Positions 39,140 through 47,733 of a stretch of 64,000 nucleotides of DNA are shown piece after piece (the stretch's first letter is position 1; every line of letters begins with the position of its first letter). Location: positions 32,001 to 96,000 of the IMG/VR virus record IMGVR_UViG_3300037851_000431. One strand, given 5' to 3'. Position numbers and translations under genes: made by a program. The notes under the pieces were generated by a model. The model was not told where the DNA came from. It made no database searches and was given only the letters and a program-made list of their open reading frames with translations. The stretch is from a virus.

Positions 39140-39343
39140 ATGGTAAAATGGCAGATAGAAGCCTCATTAGATAAGGATTATATTTTTAAATTGGCTGAAC
39201 TAAAGGGTTGGTATGATACCCCTCCCAAAGTACAGATTAAAAAAATTCGTGGAGCGGAAGAAGTTTGGTGGGTTATAGAACCGTATGAAGAAGGTTGCAA
39301 TTGTCCTGATTTGGTTCGACCACCTACTAGAAGTAGGGGATAA
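39140..39343 (+). CDS. Hypothetical protein
   Basis: ORF fills the operon gap. Confidence 0.55.
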   Translation: MVKWQIEASLDKDYIFKLAELKGWYDTPPKVQIKKIRGAEEVWWVIEPYEEGCNCPDLVRPPTRSRG

Positions 39344-39346
39344 GGT

Positions 39347-40528
39347 ATGAAAATATTGTTTGTAGGCGACTCACCCACAGTTGAGACTGGTTTTGGCGTG
39401 GTTGCACGTAATCTGCTACCAAGATTACAAGGCTTAGGACATGAAATTCATGCTCTAGGAGTTAATTATTATGGTGATCCATACGATCAACGCAGATTTT
39501 CTTTCCCCATTGTTCCTGTTGATCATGGAAATATTGATTTAATGTACGGGTATAGAAAACTGTGGGAAGTAGAAGATCGTGTTAAACCAGATTTACTTTT
39601 CTTTTTGAATGATCCTTGGATTATACAAAAATATATGCAGCATAAACCTCCTAATCATAGCAGGTATTATAAATCTTTAGCATATTTTCCTATAGATGCT
39701 GGCCCATTAAAGCCTGAATGGGCAGAATTATTAAGTGGGTTCGATGCTCAGGTCTGTTATTCTAATTTTGCAGAGCGTGTTGTAATAGAAGCTAATAATA
39801 ATAAGCGTCCTGATAATCTATATCAGATATATCATGGAGTAGATACAAAAACTTTCTTCCCTGTTAATCAGTCAATAGCAAGAGAAAAATTAGAACTTCC
39901 ACAGGAATCTTTTATTATAGGTATGGTAGCAAGAAACCAGTATCGAAAGAGATTTGATATACTAGTTAAAGCGTTCTCGATCTTTGCTAAAGATAAACCT
40001 AATGCTAAACTGTATTTACACACAGGGATAAAAGATGTGGGGTTTGATATAGCCGATTTATCGAGGCAATTTAAGTTGGGGGAGAAATTAATTCTTACCG
40101 AGGGTATGGATGTACAGCAACCTATACCAGTAGAAGCATTAAATTTAATTTATAACTCTTGGGATGTAAATACACTTATAAGTTTAGGTGATGGGTTTGG
40201 ATTACCTGTAGCAGAAAGCATGGCTACAGGATGTGTTCAGTTAGTTAGCGATCACTCATGTCTGAAAGAATTAGTAGACGGTCACGGTGGGTTAACGGTT
40301 AAAACAGCAGCATGGATGTTAAATACAAATGGTATTAATACTTGGGGAGGAGTTTCAGATGTGGATGATCTTGTGGATAAACTATCAATTCTTTACGCGA
40401 ACAAAAATTTAAGAATAAAGATGGCGGAAGAAGGCTATGAATTTATAACACAGGAAAAATTCTCTTGGGATTTTGCTGCCAGTGAGTTTCATAAGATAAT
40501 AAAAGATATATTTCATCTGGTGAAATAA
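39347..40528 (+). CDS. Glycosyltransferase family 4
   Basis: MKILFVGDSP...TGFG, ARNQYRK, DGFGLPVAESMATG. Confidence 0.92.
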   Translation: MKILFVGDSPTVETGFGVVARNLLPRLQGLGHEIHALGVNYYGDPYDQRRFSFPIVPVDHGNIDLMYGYRKLWEVEDRVKPDLLFFLNDPWIIQKYMQHKPPNHSRYYKSLAYFPIDAGPLKPEWAELLSGFDAQVCYSNFAERVVIEANNNKRPDNLYQIYHGVDTKTFFPVNQSIAREKLELPQESFIIGMVARNQYRKRFDILVKAFSIFAKDKPNAKLYLHTGIKDVGFDIADLSRQFKLGEKLILTEGMDVQQPIPVEALNLIYNSWDVNTLISLGDGFGLPVAESMATGCVQLVSDHSCLKELVDGHGGLTVKTAAWMLNTNGINTWGGVSDVDDLVDKLSILYANKNLRIKMAEEGYEFITQEKFSWDFAASEFHKIIKDIFHLVK

Positions 40529-40531
40529 ACT

Positions 40532-41224
40532 ATGAGACAGGCTTTAGTTATAGTAACATGGGCAGGAAATCTAGATGAAACTTTACCACCACTTTTAACT
40601 TCTTTAGAAAGATATCATAAAGTTCCTATTGTAGTTGTAGTAAATGAAGCAAAGCTTTTAAATGAAAATGTCAGGGAGTTTTTAAATAATCATTACATCT
40701 TACTAGAAAATAAGGAAGATTTATGGGAGTGTGGAGCAATCTACTCTGTATTAAAAAATACAGATTTTGATGAGTTTATTTTATTACAGGATACAATGAT
40801 TGTAATTAATCCAACAGTATTTAATGTTATGTTTGATATGAAAGATACTACTGTAACATTAGGTAAAGAGTGGAGATGTTATCTAGGAAAATATAGACGG
40901 AAAGTTTTAGAAAAACTTCGAATACCTAAGACAACAACAAAATTACACTCTATGGTACAGGAAGTTGCATTGGCTTATTTTTATATCAAAGCAGCTACAG
41001 ATGAACCCTACCTTCATTATTTATGTGAAGATTGGGGGGATGATAATCCTAATAATAAAATAGTTGAATTTTATGGGAGAAAGAATCTTGTATTAGACAA
41101 TCCATATATATTAAAATATAAAGCTACGGTTGCAACAGCCAAAGAGGGTGCATTTGCTACAACAAATATTACATGGGAAGAATTAACAGACAATTGGAAT
41201 AAAACAGGAGATTATTTTAACTAG
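40532..41224 (+). CDS. Putative glycosyltransferase-like protein (paralog of 29..724)
   Basis: DEFILLQDT, YLGKYR motifs; adjacent to GT4. Confidence 0.5.
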   Translation: MRQALVIVTWAGNLDETLPPLLTSLERYHKVPIVVVVNEAKLLNENVREFLNNHYILLENKEDLWECGAIYSVLKNTDFDEFILLQDTMIVINPTVFNVMFDMKDTTVTLGKEWRCYLGKYRRKVLEKLRIPKTTTKLHSMVQEVALAYFYIKAATDEPYLHYLCEDWGDDNPNNKIVEFYGRKNLVLDNPYILKYKATVATAKEGAFATTNITWEELTDNWNKTGDYFN

Positions 41225-41235
41225 GAGGTGATTAC

Positions 41236-41874
41236 ATGGCATCAACAAACATATTAGACTACACACCAAAATTTCAATTTGGTCAGGCGGGAGTACCTTG
41301 GGCGCTTCAAAAAGTAGCTTGTACTGATACTTGTGTTCAAATGATTATTAATTATTATAAGGATAGATACATAAGTCTTAATGAAGTTAGAAAAGACTCG
41401 GGTGTTGCTCCTTATGGAACAGGTTTAACAGTCACTCAAGCTTTAAAATCATTAAGTGCTAACGGAGTAACACATTATAGATGGACACTAGGATATGATC
41501 GAGTATTTATGCTTGGTCGATTAAAGCTGGGTCCGGTTATTGTATCAACATATTATAAATACTATCCTATTTGGGACGGTAAGAAATGCACAGGTACCAA
41601 TAAGGCTCAGATAGGAGGAAAAACTGATTGCTACTTTACTGGTGCCCATGCAGTACTGGTAATCAAGGCGATACCTGTTTATTCTGATGGAAAATTACTT
41701 AGATATGATTATCTTGTACGCGATCCAGATCATAATTCTCCCGGTCGTCCAGAAAAGCCTAAGTATGATCGAATGACAGAAACACAGTTAAAGAGGGCAA
41801 TGGAGTATATAAAGTATCTTCCTGTATGGGAAAAACCGTCTGTTATGTATCCAACACAGAGAAAAATATTATAG
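41236..41874 (+). CDS. C39-like cysteine peptidase, putative endolysin
   Basis: Q...ACTDTCVQMIINYY, GAHAVLV, VRDPD Cys-His-Asp arrangement; next to holin. Confidence 0.75.
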   Translation: MASTNILDYTPKFQFGQAGVPWALQKVACTDTCVQMIINYYKDRYISLNEVRKDSGVAPYGTGLTVTQALKSLSANGVTHYRWTLGYDRVFMLGRLKLGPVIVSTYYKYYPIWDGKKCTGTNKAQIGGKTDCYFTGAHAVLVIKAIPVYSDGKLLRYDYLVRDPDHNSPGRPEKPKYDRMTETQLKRAMEYIKYLPVWEKPSVMYPTQRKIL

Positions 41875-41877
41875 GAG

Positions 41878-42162
41878 ATGATAAATATGCCACAAGGTAT
41901 TCTTGTCCCGTATACGCTGCTTGAAAAAGTACCAGCGTGGGCAAATCTAAATCCAGCAACTAAGGCTGTCTTATTAAGAGCAATTAAAGCAGCCGTTGCT
42001 ACATTTATTTCTATTCTATTAGCTGCTGCTACAGCAGGAGTATTATTTCCTGTTGAATGGAGTCCTGTAGTAGTTATTGCTATCACTACAATTCTACAGA
42101 CAATAGACAAGGCTCTACGATCAACACCGGATGAGCCACCACCAACTGATCCTACTGAATAG
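41878..42162 (+). CDS. Putative holin
   Basis: Two hydrophobic helices, RAIKAAVATF motif, charged C-terminus; ends late operon. Confidence 0.7.
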   Translation: MINMPQGILVPYTLLEKVPAWANLNPATKAVLLRAIKAAVATFISILLAAATAGVLFPVEWSPVVVIAITTILQTIDKALRSTPDEPPPTDPTE

Positions 42163-42166
42163 TTAG

Positions 42167-42192
42167 CTAAGGGAGCCTAGCGGCTCCCTTAG
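42167..42192. terminator. Hairpin ending the late operon
   Basis: Perfect CTAAGGGAGCC/GGCTCCCTTAG stem followed by AT-rich run. Confidence 0.7.
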
Positions 42193-42322
42193 TATATATA
42201 ATACATATTATTATATTATAATAGTAAAATAAGACGGGTTGAAACCGGACCTGTTCAGAGTCTATGATGAAAGCAGAGCAGGGACGGGAAACTTCGACCG
42301 AAGGCAAGGAGGCTTCGTAACC

Positions 42323-42352
42323 ACTATACCCGAACCGTTCAATGAATGTCAA
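42323..42352 (-). promoter_or_regulatory. sigma70-type promoter on minus strand
   Basis: TTGACA-18 nt-TATAGT. Confidence 0.65.
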
Positions 42353-42389
42353 GATTTGACTAATATAACCAACAAGGAGAATGATTTAA

Positions 42390-43127
42390 ATGCCGTTCGC
42401 AGAGACAACCAGAACATCTACTGAAACACGAAAAAGAACTTCTGACAATTATGTTAAGTTTACCGATAATTATCGGGTGATATTACGCATCCTCAACACA
42501 ACCGCCCGTGTTGCATGGAAGCATTGGATACCAGAGGCTAATGGTGGTCGTGGTCTAATGGCTACTTGCCCTAATGTTGGATCACAGGTTAGGCCGTGCC
42601 CCATTGAAAAAATGTCTGCTGGTAAGGCAAAGGATGACGCAGAGTATACCGAGCGTCGGGCACGACCAAGATACATTGTAAATGTGCTAGATCGAACGCC
42701 TCATGTTGTTTGTCCTAACTGTAATACTACAACTCCCGGTAAGGTTTGCCAGAGTTGTAAGGCAGATGTAAGTAAAGAGAAGTCCTTTCCTTTGAATAAG
42801 GTTAAGATTCTTGAGCAGGGACCAAGACTGTTTAATGAGCAGTTGAATGCTGTTGAGAAACTTCAGCAGGAAGAGTTGAACGCTGAAATTACTGATTACG
42901 ATATCGTATTTCAGACTAATGGATCAGGTCGTGATCGGAAGATTACAGCCATTCCACAGCAGCCAAAGGAATTAGATGCTAGTGTTCTAGTTGATCCTGA
43001 AACTGGTGAGGAGCAGAAACTTTTTGATTTGGATGCCCTATGTGAGCCTAACACAGTCGAAGAGATTGAGGCTATGCTTCGGGGAGCAACGATAGAGGAG
43101 TTAAATGCCCTAAGAGGAATTGTATAA
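42390..43127 (+). CDS. Putative single-stranded DNA-binding protein (gp32-like)
   Basis: YVKF...ILRIL...H...CP...RYIVNVLDR...VKIL...YDI...G-x-G pattern; first gene of replication module. Confidence 0.65.
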   Translation: MPFAETTRTSTETRKRTSDNYVKFTDNYRVILRILNTTARVAWKHWIPEANGGRGLMATCPNVGSQVRPCPIEKMSAGKAKDDAEYTERRARPRYIVNVLDRTPHVVCPNCNTTTPGKVCQSCKADVSKEKSFPLNKVKILEQGPRLFNEQLNAVEKLQQEELNAEITDYDIVFQTNGSGRDRKITAIPQQPKELDASVLVDPETGEEQKLFDLDALCEPNTVEEIEAMLRGATIEELNALRGIV

Positions 43128-43453
43128 TGGTTGATCCAAATCTTTTTAATGACATAGAAAAGTTTCTTAAGTCAGGTGACTTCCCTTGGCCAACCGATCC
43201 TCTAGTATCGGAGGATGAGTGGAAGACACTTATTCTTTCTGCTAATGATTATAATGGTGGCCCAATATTTGCTGATCAGGCAGAAGGTCTACTCCGATGG
43301 GCAGAAAACATAAGGGTAGGATCAGTATTGCTTGATCTGGTTCTTAATGGGCTAGTAAATATTGTCCCCAATGATGAGGATTCAATGAATCCATCATTCA
43401 TAATTTCTGAACACGGTAAAAAGGTATTTGATGCAGGAACCCAAATCTCTTGA
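43127..43453 (+). CDS. Hypothetical protein
   Basis: Coupled ORF. Confidence 0.6.
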   Translation: MVDPNLFNDIEKFLKSGDFPWPTDPLVSEDEWKTLILSANDYNGGPIFADQAEGLLRWAENIRVGSVLLDLVLNGLVNIVPNDEDSMNPSFIISEHGKKVFDAGTQIS

Positions 43454-43802
43454 TCAATGGCGGCAGGAGATTCGGGTAATTGGAAAGAAACATTGGGGCA
43501 CCTTCTACGAGTCATTCGTAGGGGTGCCCATTTCCAATTATCCACGATTCTATCGTGCGCTCAATTTATATGGTGAATGGGCAATTCTTGAGGCTATCAT
43601 TTCTAGCTCTAATCAAACTCTAATAGGTGATCCTCTACCATATGTATTAAAGGTCGCTCAAACTAAGTGGAAAGAAGATCAACTAGTTAAAGATGAGGCA
43701 ATTAATTACGAGGATACCATAAGAGAGGCTATCGAAAATAGCAGAAAACATAATGAAGAGTTAGATAAAAAGCTAAAGAAAGCAAAGGCCCGAAGGAGGT
43801 AA
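43431..43802 (+). CDS. Hypothetical protein, possible initiator/helicase loader
   Basis: Directly before DnaB; AILEAI...PLPYVLKV resembles DnaD-like helical motif. Confidence 0.45.
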   Translation: MQEPKSLDQWRQEIRVIGKKHWGTFYESFVGVPISNYPRFYRALNLYGEWAILEAIISSSNQTLIGDPLPYVLKVAQTKWKEDQLVKDEAINYEDTIREAIENSRKHNEELDKKLKKAKARRR

Positions 43803-43805
43803 GTA

Positions 43806-45104
43806 TTGAATACTATCCCGTTCTCAGAAGAGTTTGAAAAGGCGGTCATTGTAGCAGTACTGACCGATCCAAGAATTCTATCCAAAATTCAAGGTACACT
43901 AGCCCCGGAAGATTTCTACAAAGAAGCACACAAAGAAATCTTCCGGGTCATTGTTGATATAGAGGTAGATAATATTGACTCACTAACTATCGAAGATAGG
44001 CTAAGTGAGAAGACTAAGGAATACTTTAAAACCCTCGTTGAAGATAGCGACAGGATGCTTCCCTCGCTTTCTAATGCTGTGTTTTATGCTGAATCTATTA
44101 AAGCAAAATCTAAACTAAGAAGCGGTATCGATCTAGGACAAAAAATAATTGCTTCATGTTATCAGTCTACAGTTGATGCTGATGTAGTGTTAGCTGATTT
44201 AGAGCAAATGTTTTCAGAGTTTATACACAAAAGGGTGCAAGATTCTGAAAAAGAGACAACCAAGGAACAATTTAAAGAATTTTTTGAAAACCTAGGTCAT
44301 CGTATCAAAGATGACATAGGAGTTAAATCAGGTTTTTATGATCTTGATCTCATTTTACATAGATTAGAGGGATTAATCATTCTTGCTGCAAGACCGGGGA
44401 TGGGTAAGACAGCGATGGCAATTAATATTGCGCGCAATGTAGCCCAAACAAGGCCAGTATTATTCTTCTCATTGGAACAAGCAAAGGATCAAATATTTGA
44501 GAGAATGCTAGCAGCAGAATCGGAAATAAGTCTTGAAGAAATTAAGACAGGCTCATTTATTGGTGACACGATGACAAAGGCTGCCGTGCAAACGGGCAAA
44601 GAGTCTTTGTTAAAAGTCATGGACAATTTACATGTGGATGATACGCCGAGCGTATCAAGCGGTTATATCTCTTCCGTTACTAGACAAAAGATGTTTGAGT
44701 GGGGAAACATAGGATTAATCGTTGTTGATTATCTTCACATCATGAGCCTTCCCGAAGGAAACAAAGTAGATACATTAGGAGATGCTGTTAAACAATTAAG
44801 GGCGCTAGGAAAAGAGTTGGATTGTCCTGTTCTATTACTTAGCCAGTTATCCAGACAAACTGAAAGTGATGAAAGATCAAAGGTAAAGCGTAGACCGCGT
44901 ATGTCTGATCTTCGATCCTCTGGTGAGATTGAACAGTCAGCCGATGTAGTACTTTTTATTTATAGAGATTCATATTATCAAGAACCCGGATTAACACCTG
45001 ACGCAGATACCGCAGAAATTATTGTATCAAAACAGCGCAATGGACGCCAAGGTATTGTACCTATCCGTTGGTATCCAGCGTTTACTAAATTTAAAAACTT
45101 ATAG
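43806..45104 (+). CDS. dnaB: Replicative DNA helicase
   Basis: AARPGMGKT, FFSLE, VDYL, LSQLSR, SDLRSSGEIEQSAD, KQRNG. Confidence 0.96.
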   Translation: MNTIPFSEEFEKAVIVAVLTDPRILSKIQGTLAPEDFYKEAHKEIFRVIVDIEVDNIDSLTIEDRLSEKTKEYFKTLVEDSDRMLPSLSNAVFYAESIKAKSKLRSGIDLGQKIIASCYQSTVDADVVLADLEQMFSEFIHKRVQDSEKETTKEQFKEFFENLGHRIKDDIGVKSGFYDLDLILHRLEGLIILAARPGMGKTAMAINIARNVAQTRPVLFFSLEQAKDQIFERMLAAESEISLEEIKTGSFIGDTMTKAAVQTGKESLLKVMDNLHVDDTPSVSSGYISSVTRQKMFEWGNIGLIVVDYLHIMSLPEGNKVDTLGDAVKQLRALGKELDCPVLLLSQLSRQTESDERSKVKRRPRMSDLRSSGEIEQSADVVLFIYRDSYYQEPGLTPDADTAEIIVSKQRNGRQGIVPIRWYPAFTKFKNL

Positions 45105-45118
45105 TCAGGTGAGAATTA

Positions 45119-45742
45119 ATGGTTTACACAAAAAGACCTAGAAAAGAATATCGATGTAGTTGTGGTAAAATATTTCTTAAATGGCAGGGTATATGTCCTT
45201 CATGTAAGAAGGCAGGAACAATACAAGAATACATACTTGTTCCTGCTAAAGCAAAACCTACAGCAAGTCAACAAACATTACAGCGTAGAGCTAAAAGATC
45301 AGAGCGTGGTATAGCCAAGCGTATGTTGGAAGCAGATGGTGCTGATCCCGCATACAAAAATGTCACCACAACTACTGGAAGAGTAGGACATATAACTGGT
45401 ATGAGGATCGATGCTATAAGTCGATCCTATGTTACAGAAAATAAGAATAGAAAAATGCCTTCATGGTTAATAGATGCATGGATATTAATTAACCAGAGAG
45501 GTAAATCTTTCAACAAAAATGTTTTACTTCACATTGAACCGCCCAACATGCCAAAAAATTTCCCTATTGATGGGAGTCTAGAAAAGCTAGATACAATGGC
45601 TGTTATAACGCAAACTCGTCATGAGGAGCTAATCAAAAACGAGAGGTTATTGCAGGACTTACTGGACGAAATTTTCTCAGACAATCCAGTTTATAAAGAC
45701 CTTCAAAGTAGGGCATGGGAGTTGAAAGATAGGTACAAGTAG
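45119..45742 (+). CDS. Zn-ribbon plus PD-(D/E)xK nuclease (resolvase-like)
   Basis: YRCSCG...KWQGICPSC like RadA N-terminus; SER...IDA...ENK nuclease motif. Confidence 0.6.
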   Translation: MVYTKRPRKEYRCSCGKIFLKWQGICPSCKKAGTIQEYILVPAKAKPTASQQTLQRRAKRSERGIAKRMLEADGADPAYKNVTTTTGRVGHITGMRIDAISRSYVTENKNRKMPSWLIDAWILINQRGKSFNKNVLLHIEPPNMPKNFPIDGSLEKLDTMAVITQTRHEELIKNERLLQDLLDEIFSDNPVYKDLQSRAWELKDRYK

Positions 45743-45778
45743 GTTGCGAAAGCATAATATCGTGAGGTAACTACCGTC

Positions 45779-46129
45779 ATGTCACAGGATCAAAATCGTA
45801 GGGAGAAGTCTAAAATTTGGGTTGACATAAAGAGTGGCAAAAGGCTAACATGTATGCATGAGGTTGATCAGGAGCGACAAGACCGGCTTGTCGCATCTGA
45901 CAAGACGGGAGCAGTAAATGTAGGGAGATATAAAACTATGATTAGCTCAGATTTTTGGGGGGAGTTTATAGACTACGCCAAACTCCTATACAAATACAAC
46001 GAAGATGTTGAAGTCTATGATGTTTTTATGTTTATCAGAGAACAGCATGGCAACCGACCTTTCAGTGACGCTTTTTTAAAGGATATTGATAGGGAGATTG
46101 CCAATGAAGAGGCGCGTAAAAACAAGTGA
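45779..46129 (+). CDS. Hypothetical protein
   Basis: ORF with GAGGT SD. Confidence 0.6.
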   Translation: MSQDQNRREKSKIWVDIKSGKRLTCMHEVDQERQDRLVASDKTGAVNVGRYKTMISSDFWGEFIDYAKLLYKYNEDVEVYDVFMFIREQHGNRPFSDAFLKDIDREIANEEARKNK

Positions 46130-46419
46130 ACATTGATGAGTTATACAAAGAGGTTGTTGCATATCTTAATGATATTGATGTAACTGAGGATGGTCCCCAT
46201 CTATGGGATAACTATGAAAAGATAACATCGATACTAGTTAGGCTAACACAGATTAGAATAGAGTTAGCGTGGGAAGAAATTAATGGGAGGTCAGCAACAG
46301 AGGCTAAGAAGTTTAGAACCATGATTGTTGACCCAGCAATTGAGCGCGTAGGTGATGTGGCTCGTTACGAAAGTCGCAAGATTTCTGCTCGCCAAATAGA
46401 AGCACAAATGGAGAAGTGA
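46126..46419 (+). CDS. Hypothetical helical protein
   Basis: GTGA-coupled ORF. Confidence 0.6.
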   Translation: MNIDELYKEVVAYLNDIDVTEDGPHLWDNYEKITSILVRLTQIRIELAWEEINGRSATEAKKFRTMIVDPAIERVGDVARYESRKISARQIEAQMEK

Positions 46420-46435
46420 TTTAACCTTGGAAGAA

Positions 46436-46579
46436 ATGAGCGAATACTGTTCTTGGTGTGATTTTGGGTATGATAGTCCAGATGATTGTACCTGTGATGA
46501 AAATTGTGGTGCAGTAGGATGCCAAGGTGGTTTAGGAGTTGAGTATGCGTGGCAGCTAGAGATGTTCCCGGCAAATTAG
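46436..46579 (+). CDS. 47-aa Cys-rich microprotein (absent from ORF track)
   Basis: MSEYCSWCDFGYDSPDDCTCDENCGAVGCQGG...; fills gap between + strand genes. Confidence 0.55.
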   Translation: MSEYCSWCDFGYDSPDDCTCDENCGAVGCQGGLGVEYAWQLEMFPAN

Positions 46580-46587
46580 TCGAGAAA

Positions 46588-46731
46588 ATGAATAAAAAGA
46601 TATTCATTATGGTCAACCGTGCTGGACAGACAGGTAGGTATGGAGTCAAAGGCCCGGTTGAAAGACGCGAAGAGTATATCAAGAATAAACAGAGAAGAAT
46701 GAAGGCGAAAGGACCAAAGATTTATCCATGA
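46588..46731 (+). CDS. Small basic hypothetical protein
   Basis: Coupled by ATGA to next gene. Confidence 0.5.
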   Translation: MNKKIFIMVNRAGQTGRYGVKGPVERREEYIKNKQRRMKAKGPKIYP

Positions 46732-46943
46732 TCGGAGATTATAGTGTTTATACAATGTATCGTGGCCCGCTCACAATTGTTGAGGTTGAGTTTGAGGGTG
46801 TTCGGGCGCGAGGCAACTCCCGGCTACACCCTGACGATACATACGATCCCAACCTAGGGCTAGCGTTGGCCTACGCCCGTGCTATTGAGCGGCTGGGCGC
46901 AAAGCTACGCAAGCGAACCATGAGGGTTGTAAATAGCCGATGA
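46728..46943 (+). CDS. Small conserved phage protein
   Basis: G-x-S-x2-HPDD-x-YD-x3-G-x2-LA-x2-RA motif common in phages. Confidence 0.65.
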   Translation: MIGDYSVYTMYRGPLTIVEVEFEGVRARGNSRLHPDDTYDPNLGLALAYARAIERLGAKLRKRTMRVVNSR

Positions 46944-47176
46944 GCCAACGAAGGTTTGTAGTTGTACTAATGCCTGACTATGATCGGGCACTAGCAGCTA
47001 AGAAAATTTTTGAGAAAGAGAACCCTGAGATTACTTATCAGATTAGGCGTAAGAGGGGAGGTTCGTTTGCTGTAGTTAAACGACTACAATCGGATGAACC
47101 TAATCCTACAACTAGAAGCAAGAAGCGGCGGAATAGGTATAGGTATTTTGCAGAAGAGGAATCAAATGAAAATTAA
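46940..47176 (+). CDS. Basic hypothetical protein
   Basis: ATGA-coupled ORF. Confidence 0.55.
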   Translation: MSQRRFVVVLMPDYDRALAAKKIFEKENPEITYQIRRKRGGSFAVVKRLQSDEPNPTTRSKKRRNRYRYFAEEESNEN

Positions 47177-47414
47177 AGATGCTCTTGTTCTAAATAAGAA
47201 TTGGAATCTATGGGGATACACTGATAAGAAGATCAAAAATCTCCAAGCGTGGGCAGTCTATCCTGAAGATAAGCGTGGCTATGCCATAACCTTATTTGGT
47301 ACGCTACCTAATGGTAAGAAGAGTATTCAGATTTGTATTGAAGAGGATATGCTGATTAAACTGTTGGATGATATTAACCTGCTCAAGTTGAGGAACAAGA
47401 AAAATGACTTCTGA
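47166..47414 (+). CDS. Hypothetical protein
   Basis: GAGGA SD before ATG 47166. Confidence 0.55.
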   Translation: MKIKDALVLNKNWNLWGYTDKKIKNLQAWAVYPEDKRGYAITLFGTLPNGKKSIQICIEEDMLIKLLDDINLLKLRNKKNDF

Positions 47415-47673
47415 TACTATTGCTAACTCTAAGATGCTGCTTACCAATAAGAATAGTGAAAGTTTTTATCTTGGTTCACCCAAGCACGTTAAATCTACAA
47501 ACAAAGGCTACTCAGTCCGATGGGCAGTAGCCTCTAGTCCCCCGATTCAGACATATCCTTATGATCGTGCTGTTCTTTTTGATGGCAGCGGTACTCTTAT
47601 TACTTCCGTTAGGATTGTTCCTACTATCATTCCTGATAATATTAAGGAAATTACGCTAACACTCAATTCTTGA
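47404..47673 (+). CDS. Hypothetical protein
   Basis: Overlapping ORF with SD. Confidence 0.55.
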   Translation: MTSDTIANSKMLLTNKNSESFYLGSPKHVKSTNKGYSVRWAVASSPPIQTYPYDRAVLFDGSGTLITSVRIVPTIIPDNIKEITLTLNS

Positions 47674-47686
47674 AACGATTAACCGG

Positions 47687-47723
47687 AATTTTTTTCAGGA
47701 AAAATTTTCAAGACTTTTTAGAA
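47687..47723 (+). repeat. T-tract/CAGGA element, copy 1
   Basis: AATTTTTTTCAGGAAAAATTTTCAAGACTTTTTAGAA, near-identical to 55565-55600. Confidence 0.7.
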
Positions 47724-47733
47724 AGGTGATTTA

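Noticed and set aside
8976-42368. Possible late-promoter words CGATAA (near 8992 and 16577) and GACTAATA (near 24843 and 42358)
   Set aside because: Too short and too few to separate from chance in AT-rich DNA
6095-42676. Minus-strand ORFs such as 9468..9980, 11102..11662, 21688..22080, 41730..42110
   Set aside because: Antisense shadows of well-supported + strand genes, no recognisable motifs
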